Shown: positions 1 to 8,628 of the stretch, piece by piece
Position numbering within the stretch: position 1 is the stretch's first letter
How the letters are laid out: each line of letters starts with the position of its first letter
Assembly (NCBI GenBank): GCA_938091905.1
Contig: CALKOM010000053.1
Span: 31,900-95,899, forward strand
Source of the DNA: an uncultured Verrucomicrobiales bacterium
GTDB taxonomy: Bacteria > Verrucomicrobiota > Verrucomicrobiia > Verrucomicrobiales > DEV007
Length of the DNA stretch: 64,000 nt
Reading direction: 5' to 3'
Made by a program: the position numbers and the translations under genes
Notes under the pieces: generated by a model
What the model saw: the letters and a program-made list of their open reading frames with translations, nothing else
Databases searched by the model: none
What the model was told of the DNA's origin: nothing

Positions 1-1
1 G

Positions 2-49
2 AACCACTACATCGAGGTTGAGGTTTGGGGGCGATCCGCCAGGCACTAG
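2..49 (+). CDS. 3' end of a CDS truncated by the window edge, possibly a discoidin/F5-8-like domain C-terminus
   Basis: Frame 2 reads NHYIEVEVWGRSARH-stop; E-V-E-V-x-G resembles the last strand of F5/8-type domains. Only 15 codons are visible. Confidence 0.4.
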   Translation, partial: NHYIEVEVWGRSARH

Positions 50-271
50 AGGATCACGAACGGCAGCATGTAAGCATCTGTAGAATTAAGACACACTCCG
101 AGGGCGTTGCCATGAGATGTCGGGATGTCCCGATTGTTTATGCTTGAGAATGGGGAATCGAAGCGCACCCCCGTTAGGATGACGCATTCTGGTCTTTCTG
201 GCGAGCTTGTCTAGCTTGCAAAGGCTACGGAAAATATTGACAAGAGTCTTCAGCCTCTTTACGGAGCCGGG

Positions 272-532
272 ATGCTTGCAGTGCAAGATCGAAAGGAGGA
301 GTTGGCTTACCTAGAATACCGTCTCAAGACGCAGGCTCTACGAGAGAGCCGTGCAACGGATGAACTCATTCGTGAAGCTTTGGCCGCGTATCTGGACAAT
401 CCGAGTTCAGCTTCGGCAGCGAAAGCGTCCTTTCGCCGTTTGATCAGCAATCCGCCGTTGAGTAGCTCCATCGCTGAGGTTGCAGCTTGTTTGAGTGAGG
501 AATACTATGCGCAGCGTGTGACCCAGTTCTAA
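272..532 (+). CDS. Small hypothetical protein, possible ribbon-helix-helix/CopG-like DNA-binding protein
   Basis: 86-aa ORF with LEYRLKTQALRESRATDELIREALAAYL (RHH-like helices); perfect TTGACA at 237-242, 35 nt before the ATG. Confidence 0.5.
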   Translation: MLAVQDRKEELAYLEYRLKTQALRESRATDELIREALAAYLDNPSSASAAKASFRRLISNPPLSSSIAEVAACLSEEYYAQRVTQF

Positions 533-565
533 GACCTCGCTTGCCTTCTATTTATTCAAATTCCT

Positions 566-1186
566 GTGATTATACGCTGCTCTATCCACCGTTCCACCTT
601 CCCATCATTGCTCCTACTCTTCGTGGTGCTCGGTGGCCTTCTATTAGGCGAGGCGTCTGCTTTCAGAGTGGTGATCGATCCTGGGCATGGCGGTCATGAT
701 AGCGGCGCGCAGAATGGCTCTGTATTGGAGAAGCATCTGGCCCTGGATGTCTCGCGGCGCCTTGCTCGATATCTAAATCGACGCGGTATCAAGACGACGT
801 ATACCCGAGAAACCGGCTTCGTTTCCCTGAACGGTCGGGTTGCTATCGCCAATCGATACAAGGACGCCATCTTCGTCAGCATCCATTTCAACTCGGCTTC
901 GAATCGGGGAGCGACTGGGATTGAGACTTTCTATTACACACCTCAGAGCGAACTCCTGGCGCATCTCGTGCAAACGAACGTCATTCACAAGACGCGGCGG
1001 GTAAATCGTGGGGTGAAACATCGTGGCTTCCGGGTCATTCGCGGTCCCCGCGGCCCGTCGATTCTCGTGGAAGGCGGTTTCTTGTCGAATAGCCGGGAGT
1101 GCCGTCGCTGCATTGACAAGGTCCACCGGCAGAAGTTGGCGGAGGCCATTGGGCATGCAATCGTCCGTTTCCGTAAGGTACGCTAG
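566..1186 (+). CDS. N-acetylmuramoyl-L-alanine amidase (Amidase_3), exported
   Basis: Hydrophobic signal; VVIDPGHGGHD, LEK, FVSIHFNS and ILVEGGFLSN zinc/catalytic motifs. Confidence 0.92.
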   Translation: MIIRCSIHRSTFPSLLLLFVVLGGLLLGEASAFRVVIDPGHGGHDSGAQNGSVLEKHLALDVSRRLARYLNRRGIKTTYTRETGFVSLNGRVAIANRYKDAIFVSIHFNSASNRGATGIETFYYTPQSELLAHLVQTNVIHKTRRVNRGVKHRGFRVIRGPRGPSILVEGGFLSNSRECRRCIDKVHRQKLAEAIGHAIVRFRKVR

Positions 1187-1276
1187 CGCTTCGGGAAGAC
1201 CGGAACCTACCAGTCAACCGCACTGCAACGCGGCGATCGACTTGCGTTTCTGTGAAATGAGCTTCACACTGGCTCG

Positions 1277-1885
1277 ATGAAGCAGAACGCCTACGTCATG
1301 ATTGGTATGGCAGCGCTCCCTTGGTTTTTTGTGAGCTGCAGCTCCACCGATGTGATCCAAGATCGCCCGATTCAATACCTTGAAGGCATTGCTCCTGCAA
1401 TGGGCAACCAACCATATAATCCGATCGAAGCGGAGGCTTATTGGGATGGTGATGGAGTGGAGGGTTCTCCCAAGATCGTCATCGATTTGAGTGATCAGAA
1501 GGCTTATTTTTACAAGTCCGAGGTGCTCGTTGGCGTCACTCCAATCTCAACTGGGGATGCGACCCACAAAACGCCCACAGGAAATTTCAAGGTGACTGAG
1601 AAAGACATCGATCACCGTTCGAGCCGATATGGGGATTACGTGGACGATTATGGTAATGTGGTCGTGAAGGATGTTGATAACCAGAAAGACAAGCGGCCTT
1701 CAGGAACGAAGTATCTTGGAGCAGACATGGGCTACTTCCTCCGATTCAACCGAGCTATCGGCATGCATCGTGGCTTTTTGCCTGGTTATCCTGCTTCGCA
1801 TGGCTGTGTGCGGCAGCCGGAGCACATGGCAAAAAAATACTTCGAGAACTCGAAGCTTGGCACTCCGGTCATCGTGGTCCCTTAA
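1277..1885 (+). CDS. L,D-transpeptidase (YkuD family), probable lipoprotein
   Basis: Lipobox-like FVSC; TPTGNF; catalytic IGMH...PASHGCVR; LGTPVIV end. Confidence 0.9.
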   Translation: MKQNAYVMIGMAALPWFFVSCSSTDVIQDRPIQYLEGIAPAMGNQPYNPIEAEAYWDGDGVEGSPKIVIDLSDQKAYFYKSEVLVGVTPISTGDATHKTPTGNFKVTEKDIDHRSSRYGDYVDDYGNVVVKDVDNQKDKRPSGTKYLGADMGYFLRFNRAIGMHRGFLPGYPASHGCVRQPEHMAKKYFENSKLGTPVIVVP

Positions 1886-1898
1886 GTAGCGGCGGCTG

Positions 1899-2246
1899 GT
1901 GAAGCTTCGGGATCTGATTACTGACGAAGAGCGCTGGGAGATCGAACCGAGCGACTTACGTGCTCTCTTGGATCACCGTGATGAGGCACCGTTCCTTCTC
2001 ATTGATTGTCGCGAGTCGGATGAGCACGCTGATTGGCGGATAGGCGGTGACATTTTGATGCCACTGTCAAACTTTCCCTCTGAGGTGGCTACCCATTTGG
2101 ACAATGAGACGCTTCCGCTTATTGTCTATTGCCACCACGGCATACGGTCTCTCCAGGCCACCCAGTATTTACGGGTGCAGGGACACGCTAAGACTTTCTC
2201 CCTGCGAGGCGGAATCGATGCCTGGGATCGGAACACGCAGAGGTAA
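1899..2246 (+). CDS. Rhodanese-like domain protein
   Basis: LLIDCRE, IVYCHHGIRS active-site loop, SLRGGIDAW. Confidence 0.88.
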   Translation: MKLRDLITDEERWEIEPSDLRALLDHRDEAPFLLIDCRESDEHADWRIGGDILMPLSNFPSEVATHLDNETLPLIVYCHHGIRSLQATQYLRVQGHAKTFSLRGGIDAWDRNTQR

Positions 2247-2360
2247 CGGAGAGCGGGCCTATTGGATTTTCTCGAGTTGGGCTAAGGCATTCTCCGAAGC
2301 TGCGCTGGTGAAATAAGGACGAGAGATCTCGTCTGTTGGCCGATGGTCGGAAGGATCAGT

Positions 2361-2780
2361 GGGGTGGGGTCGTCATAAGCCGGATTCTGTCGACTGGCCT
2401 CTATTCCTAGAGGTCAGCGTGCGATCATTTGTCTTCTCGCTCAAGAGCGAGACCTCACCGAGGTGAGGTGCGACTAATACCCGAAGATACCATCGGCACG
2501 AAGCCGACTGCGGAGCGGGCGACTCCTTCCTTCTGTTCTGTCTTGCACCTCATGGGGTTTGTCATGCCTCGTTCCTTACGGTCGGAGCGGTGAGCTCTTA
2601 CCTCGCCATTTCACCCTTACCACACCCGAAGGTGTGGCGGTATTTTTTCTGCGACACTGTCCGTCACCGGAGCCTTTCGTTACCGGTGCCCATGCTTTCA
2701 CATGGCATGAAGCCCTGTGGTGTCCGGACTTTCCTCCCCTTGGCACGTTGTACCAGGAGCGATCGCTCAGACCCCACCCC
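2361..2780 (-). ncRNA. rnpB: RNase P RNA (bacterial type A)
   Basis: Minus strand has GAGGAAAGTCCGGAC near the 5' end and ACAGAATCCGGCTTA near the 3' end; the termini GGGGTGGGGT/ACCCCACCCC pair as P1. Confidence 0.97.
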
Positions 2781-2786
2781 GGTTGA

Positions 2787-2814
2787 AGGATGCGCGCAAA
2801 GGGCCTTCTTGCAA
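2787..2814 (-). promoter_or_regulatory. Candidate sigma70 promoter of rnpB
   Basis: Minus strand TTGCAA-N16-CATCCT, ending 6 nt before the P1 5' strand. Confidence 0.45.
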
Positions 2815-2834
2815 GAAGTCGACGCTCTAAAACG

Positions 2835-2870
2835 AAATCAGCCCCAGGAATCGCAGCCTGGGGCTGATTT
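2835..2870. terminator. 14-bp perfect inverted repeat, probable intrinsic terminator upstream of the rnpB promoter
   Basis: AAATCAGCCCCAGG / 8-nt loop / CCTGGGGCTGATTT. Confidence 0.55.
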
Positions 2871-3435
2871 TCCCCCACAAATATTACATTCGGCTCCGGT
2901 TGTCGTAGTGATTGAGCACGGTTCGTGCAACCAAATATAAATAGGACTCGCTGAAAGTTGGCGTGCCTTAGTTTTAAATGCTCACTCCAAACGCAGGTAG
3001 GCTTTCAGCCTTTTTCGGCGGTATGGATTCTTCAAGTCGGCCTGGCTTGCGTGCCATTTGCTAGCATTGTCGTCCGCAGGAGCCTGGATCGACAAAGAAT
3101 TTGGGAATGGTGAGGTTTCTTGAATCGTCAGGATCGGTGGTCGAGTACAGCTCTTTGAGGTCGCTGCACTCATTGCTTGGATTGTCGATTTTGAACCAGG
3201 CAGGCTAGTCGCCGTCTGTGTCTTTCAGTCAGCCGGTATCCTCCGCAAGGATATCCAAGAGAGAAGAGGCGCTGTCCATACGTTGATCGCTGAGAACAGA
3301 ACGAGGAGCCGGAGTCTGAACGGCGTGAGATTCGGGTTTTATGAAGTGAAACACCTGCAGGGTCGCCTTGGAAAGCTTGGAACTTCGTGTCTTCGCGGCT
3401 TTACACGGTCAGAAAGATTGGCCGAACATGTCACC

Positions 3436-4512
3436 ATGAAAGCGAAAGTTTGGAGAGTTGCTGGGATCAACTTCGACCACTTCCACATGGGCGATCTTCT
3501 CCGTGAGGTGTTCGATCATCCGATGGCTGAAATTGTGGGCATCTCTGATGATCAGCCGGAGCGCATGGAGGACGCCCAGAAGAATTTTAGTTTGGATACT
3601 AGCAAAGTTTTCACAGATTACCGGGCCTGCCTCGAGAATACGAAGCCAGATTTGGTCGTTCTTTGTCCCTCAACGAAAGGCCATGTGGAGTGGGTTGAGA
3701 AAGTAGCTCCCTATGGTGTCGAGATCTTGTTGGAGAAGCCATTCGCTGCATCTTTGTCAGATGCTGATCGTATGATCGCAGCGACCCAAGATTCTGGATC
3801 CTCGCTTGCGATCAACTGGCCTTTGCGATGGTATTCGAGTCATGTTACGGCTTATCGTTTGGTAAGTGAGGGGCGTCTTGGAGAGGTGCGCGAGGTTCAC
3901 TTCTACGATGGAAATCGTGGCCCCTTGTGGCATGGAGCCGATAAGATCGAGCTGGAACCCACGGCCGAGAGGAAAGCTGCTAGTTGGTTTTACAAGAGCG
4001 CTGAAGGGGGAGGGTCTTTGTTAGATTATCTAGGTTATGGAACGACGTTGGGTACCTGGTATCATGGGGGTGAGAAGCCAACTGAAGTGATGGCAATGAT
4101 AGATACCCCAGAAGGGCTCGAGGTGGACGAACACAGTATCACTGTGGCCCGCTACAAAGCAGGACTGTCGAAGTTTGAAACGCGATGGGGCACGTTTACT
4201 GATCCTTGGACCCATCAGCCGCAGCCAAAGTGTGGATTTGTCATCAAGGGGAGTGCGGGAACATTGAGTAGCTACGACTGCGAGTCAGTGGTGACGTTGC
4301 AGAATGCCAGGCACCCAGAGGGGCAAACGATTCCGGTAGATGTATTGGAGGGCCCTGATAAAGGTCCTATCGCTTATGTTCTGGATTGTCTCCAGCGCAA
4401 CGTGCCTGTGGAAGGTCCGCTCTCGATCGAAGTTAGCCGGATTGGCCAACAGATCGTCGATACAGCCTATCAGAGTGCGATTGAGAAGCGTGCCCTTCCC
4501 CTTCTTGGCTAG
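3436..4512 (+). CDS. Gfo/Idh/MocA family oxidoreductase
   Basis: Rossmann-like start (VAGINFDHFHMG), LLEKPFA, GGGSLLDYLGYG. Start set at ATG 3436 rather than TTG 3283 because the domain begins there. Confidence 0.88.
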   Translation: MKAKVWRVAGINFDHFHMGDLLREVFDHPMAEIVGISDDQPERMEDAQKNFSLDTSKVFTDYRACLENTKPDLVVLCPSTKGHVEWVEKVAPYGVEILLEKPFAASLSDADRMIAATQDSGSSLAINWPLRWYSSHVTAYRLVSEGRLGEVREVHFYDGNRGPLWHGADKIELEPTAERKAASWFYKSAEGGGSLLDYLGYGTTLGTWYHGGEKPTEVMAMIDTPEGLEVDEHSITVARYKAGLSKFETRWGTFTDPWTHQPQPKCGFVIKGSAGTLSSYDCESVVTLQNARHPEGQTIPVDVLEGPDKGPIAYVLDCLQRNVPVEGPLSIEVSRIGQQIVDTAYQSAIEKRALPLLG

Positions 4513-6899
4513 TTGAGCGCCGAAGGTTCTTCAGGAACGAGCGCTTTGACGTAGTCGAAGAGTTTCTTGAACTCAGGATCGCTACGGAGATCTTTCTCCG
4601 AATCCTTCCTGAGCTGAGCTTTCCGCTCAAGGCCATCGTGCAGTTTCTTGTGAATCTTAGCGAGCTCATCTTCAGTATATTTCTCAGTCTGCAAATCCAT
4701 GATCTTGAGCCCGTGAAGTAACTCTGCCCATTCTTCGTCCTGGATCAGCAGAAAATTAGAGTGGGCCTTCATGTCACTTCGGAGATCGTTGTTCACACTC
4801 GCTTCTCGCGTCGGTTTGGGGGTGGTGCTGCTGGAGGGTGCAACTGGCTTGATGGAAATGGACTCCAAATCGGATGATGCCAGACTATCCTTCTTTGCCG
4901 GAATGGTTAGGGGCTCGAATGGGCCGGGCTCAAGGGGCGGTCTTATATTGACCACGGTGGGAGAGGTATCGTCATTTAAAGCGCCCATCAAATAATGGTC
5001 CGAACGACTAAAGAACGTGCGGTAGGCAAGGAACAGACCGAGAGCGACAACGGCTGCGAGAATGGCTAGAGCTACCCAAGCTCCGGGAAGTGGCTCATAC
5101 TGGGGTGCGGGTGCTTTCTTGCGAACATCCGGGGGGGTGTTCGGCGCGATGGGCTTCGACGTGACAATAGGTTGTTGGGCTGTGGCCCTGGCAATAAGCC
5201 TTTGGGATGATGTTTGTTCCTTGGGCTTGGTAGTCTCAGAAATGGCGTTCTGTGGCTTGGCCGGGGCTTTCTCTTGGCTTGCGGAAGCTGGTGTATTTGG
5301 AATTGCGGGAGGTTCTGCCGCTTTAGGGTTCTTGAAAGTCACGACTTTCGAGTCGCTACGTTCGGGTATTGGTTTCGTATGGGGCCTCGAGGTCGTGCTA
5401 CCTTCAAGTGTCTGGCGCGCTGTCTTGTTAGTAGAGGGTGCGGGCTTCTTGGTCGACTCGTTAGCCGGGGCCGACGATTCAGGATGAGATTCTGGTTTCG
5501 TTGCTAGCTTCTCTTTGGCTTTGCGACTGAGTCTGAATAAGCGTTGTTTGCTCGCAACGCGTTGTGTTCCTGTGAGATCTGGGGCGCCATCGGAAGCTGA
5601 AGAATCCTTTTTGGACTCTAGCTGACGAACTGTGAAACGCTGGGTCTTCTTGAGAAACTCGTGTTGCTCTTTCTCAAGGTTCTTGCGGGCTTTTTGAATC
5701 TTCTCCCACTCACCATCAATCTTCGATTTCTCAACGCGGAGACGGTCTAGTTCGTCTGCATTGGGGAGTGCTTGGCTACTTGTTAGTTCGAGGACACGAT
5801 GGCGTTCCTCCTGAAGTTCGCTCTCTAGCGTTTTTAGTTGGTCAGTGAGGGCGAGTTCTTTCTGAACTCTCTTGGTCAGTTCTACACTGAGTCGCTGGGT
5901 ATGAATCTTGGCTTTATCAAGTTCAGGATCACGTGTTAACGAGATGGTTGTTCCTGTTTTGGACGCTGTGTTCTCGGACTTGCCGAAGGGTATAAACGAT
6001 GGCGGCGCTGGCTCGGTCGTAGATTCTGGAGTTTTGGGGGCGGGTGAAGAGAGTTCTGCTCTGCGTGTCTCTGCGGGTGTAAAACGAATGAATCGCTGCA
6101 AGGCACGATCCCACTCCATCAACGACTTGGGACGGTTGCGAGGGTCAGCATCGAGGACTTGTCGCAGGAGTGTGACCGGTGCGGATTCTGGAAGCATCGC
6201 CAAGTCGGGAAGTCTCTTCAACTTGAGTTCCAAGAGGTCTTCAACTGGGAGGCCAGTTAGGTATGGTGGCTTCCCTGTGAGCATGTAGTAGAGCGTCGCC
6301 CCAATTGAATAGAGGGATGCCTGTGCGGTGTCTTGGTGCCCAGCCAGAATCTCTGGGGCAAGGAATTCGGGTAGCTCCTCTTCCTCACTTGGAGCTACTA
6401 GATTCTGTGCGAGCAGGTGAATTTGAGCGGCTTCCCCGTCTCCAGTCACCATCAGGCCGCGAGGCCACACTCGACTGAGCAGACCGGGTTTGGTTCTCAC
6501 AGCGAGAAGGGCTTCGGAGATTTGCAGATGCAACTTCAGAGCATAGGGGACCTCGAAGGGGCCGGAAGCTTCGATCGATTCCTCCACAGTGTGCCCACCT
6601 GGATCTTCCAAGACATAAAAGAACTGGTCTGCATGCTGGCCAGTGTCGATAATTCGCGTGATGCTAGGGTGATCCAGCTCGATCAGGAACTTGGCATGAT
6701 CGACGAATTCCTGTTGGACAGAATCGTCTGCGAGCAAGCGTTCACTAAAGATTCGCACAATGACGTGCTGATTAGATCGCGTGTCGCGGGCCCGATGGGT
6801 AGTACCAGTGCCGTCTGAAGAGAGGGTTACCAACTTTCCCGCAGCGCTAGTCTCAAGCGCATAGCTGTCGAAATGTGGGGAAAGTTTCTGCGGCATCAT
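4509..6899 (-). CDS. Membrane-anchored Ser/Thr kinase-like protein (pseudokinase)
   Basis: Kinase scaffold (LDHPSI, FYVLE, FLAPE, LYSIGATLYYMLTGKPPY, DPRNRP), coiled coil, P/S/T/K-rich linker, TM AWVALAILAAVVALGLFLAY; no catalytic Lys, HRD or DFG. Confidence 0.8.
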   Translation of the reverse strand: MMPQKLSPHFDSYALETSAAGKLVTLSSDGTGTTHRARDTRSNQHVIVRIFSERLLADDSVQQEFVDHAKFLIELDHPSITRIIDTGQHADQFFYVLEDPGGHTVEESIEASGPFEVPYALKLHLQISEALLAVRTKPGLLSRVWPRGLMVTGDGEAAQIHLLAQNLVAPSEEEELPEFLAPEILAGHQDTAQASLYSIGATLYYMLTGKPPYLTGLPVEDLLELKLKRLPDLAMLPESAPVTLLRQVLDADPRNRPKSLMEWDRALQRFIRFTPAETRRAELSSPAPKTPESTTEPAPPSFIPFGKSENTASKTGTTISLTRDPELDKAKIHTQRLSVELTKRVQKELALTDQLKTLESELQEERHRVLELTSSQALPNADELDRLRVEKSKIDGEWEKIQKARKNLEKEQHEFLKKTQRFTVRQLESKKDSSASDGAPDLTGTQRVASKQRLFRLSRKAKEKLATKPESHPESSAPANESTKKPAPSTNKTARQTLEGSTTSRPHTKPIPERSDSKVVTFKNPKAAEPPAIPNTPASASQEKAPAKPQNAISETTKPKEQTSSQRLIARATAQQPIVTSKPIAPNTPPDVRKKAPAPQYEPLPGAWVALAILAAVVALGLFLAYRTFFSRSDHYLMGALNDDTSPTVVNIRPPLEPGPFEPLTIPAKKDSLASSDLESISIKPVAPSSSTTPKPTREASVNNDLRSDMKAHSNFLLIQDEEWAELLHGLKIMDLQTEKYTEDELAKIHKKLHDGLERKAQLRKDSEKDLRSDPEFKKLFDYVKALVPEEPSALN

Positions 6900-7206
6900 A
6901 GCAAGTCTGCTAATGTATCTGCGTTTTGAGAGTTATAATTAATAATGATTTAGAGTCAAGGTATTCTCGTGATTCTTATGATATTTATTTCAGCCATGTA
7001 GAGCATGGTATTCTTGTGGTTTCAAATCTAGCTTATAAACTATCATCTAGGCAAATGATACGCTGGGCAATGGAGAGTCCTCACGTGATGGCGGCACGTT
7101 CAACTGTTCTTTCGTGAGATTAATTCTACATTATGCTTAAACTTTATTGCTGTCTTGGCCGCGAGGCTCTTCGCTGAAAGGTCACCCAAACCGCACCTAC
7201 GTTATT

Positions 7207-8619
7207 ATGAGAGATTCTTCAGACACAGATCTTGCTGCCACGGCAGAATGGGGAGCCTCCGACGCGTTGCTACTTGAAGGCCTGAGTGGTCTCGACCAGC
7301 GATTTGCGAAACTCGAGGCATCTCAGATTGAGAAGTCTATTGCCCGAGAACTCGATGAACCTCATGAGGGTCGAGTTCCTGTTGCAGGGATGACGGGCTT
7401 TCGCAGCGCGCGCGAGTTGCGCGCTGCCCAAGAGCGGGTTGCCGCCTTGGAGCGTTCCGCAGTTCGGCGTCGCGATGGCGTGACCCAGGCTCTTGGCCTG
7501 AGCGAAGCACCAATATCGAGGCAGCCCGAACATCAGCCCACGCTGGCACCACGGATGAACCAAGAACCGGCGGCAGCAACGTCAACGAATGGCGGCGTTG
7601 GTTCCGAGCGAACGTCACTGAGAGAGTTCTCGAAGACTCCTGCTGTAGTGGCACCGCCGGTGAGCGAAGTAAAGCTTGCTCTGGATCAAGAGGTTCCCAC
7701 CCAAGACGTCCCACAGCAACCGGTGGTCTTTCGCAGATCGAATGCCGCCTCAAAGCGTGAGCGGGTGACGTTGGAGCCTCGACCGGTGCGGGATTTGGGC
7801 TCAAAGCCTGAGATAGAGGCCGCGGAGGTAGAGGGACGTCACATTAAGCCTCAGATGGAGCCTATTGTTAGGAGACGCAGGACATCGTCCTCATTCCTGC
7901 CGTCCGTGTTGACATCCTTCCTGCTGACAACCTTGGTTTGGGGCACTGTTTTGTTCACGGCCTGGAAGTTTGTGGGCGAGGAATGGTTTGCCAACCGCGT
8001 GCAGGAAGCGGCCTCGCGTGAAGGCACCGCGGGTAGCCAACTGCAGTTGAGCCTACAGACACTTCGTCAGGATGTGCGCAGTCTTGAGGACACCCTCACT
8101 CATTTCCGTACTGGTTATCAGAGATTCGTGCGCATGAATGCGTTAGAGGCCTCGCTTTATGCTCACAATTCACGACAGAAGTATGACGAGTTGAAGGGGA
8201 TTGGGGAGCAGTTGGAAACGGGTAGTCCTGAGGAAGAGTTTTATAGGAGAACTAAAGTTCGAATCGAGCAGGCTTACATCAAGAGGATCGCACAATATCC
8301 TGGCCTGAATACGGCGAAGTACTTTCCTGAGTTGGGACAGCGCTCGGACAAGCGTGTTGACAAGGAAGCGCTCACGCGGTTCATCAATGACCAATCGCAT
8401 CCCGGCTGGGACCGTGCTCGAGCCGCCTACTTGCTGCGCAGGTATGAAGACTCCGATTCCACTGTAGTGGGGCAGCTCCGTCAGACTGTTCGAGATGATG
8501 AGGATCTCCAAGTGTACTTTGCGGCTTGGGATTCTCTTGTAGAGATAACTGGCTACGAGCCAGGGGCAAAGGGGGATTCCCCAGCGGACTTTGATCTCTG
8601 GTGGAGCCGACGCAGTTAG
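7207..8619 (+). CDS. Hypothetical single-pass membrane protein with coiled coil and helical (HEAT-like) C-terminus
   Basis: Long ORF; TM VLTSFLLTTLVWGTVLFTAW; heptad LQTLRQDVRSLEDTL. First ATG at 7207 (ORF open from TTG 7147). Confidence 0.7.
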   Translation: MRDSSDTDLAATAEWGASDALLLEGLSGLDQRFAKLEASQIEKSIARELDEPHEGRVPVAGMTGFRSARELRAAQERVAALERSAVRRRDGVTQALGLSEAPISRQPEHQPTLAPRMNQEPAAATSTNGGVGSERTSLREFSKTPAVVAPPVSEVKLALDQEVPTQDVPQQPVVFRRSNAASKRERVTLEPRPVRDLGSKPEIEAAEVEGRHIKPQMEPIVRRRRTSSSFLPSVLTSFLLTTLVWGTVLFTAWKFVGEEWFANRVQEAASREGTAGSQLQLSLQTLRQDVRSLEDTLTHFRTGYQRFVRMNALEASLYAHNSRQKYDELKGIGEQLETGSPEEEFYRRTKVRIEQAYIKRIAQYPGLNTAKYFPELGQRSDKRVDKEALTRFINDQSHPGWDRARAAYLLRRYEDSDSTVVGQLRQTVRDDEDLQVYFAAWDSLVEITGYEPGAKGDSPADFDLWWSRRS

Positions 8620-8628
8620 GCGATTCTC

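Noticed and set aside
2559..2940. Three short ORFs overlapping 2559-2940
   Set aside because: They overlap RNase P RNA and its promoter and have no protein-like motifs.
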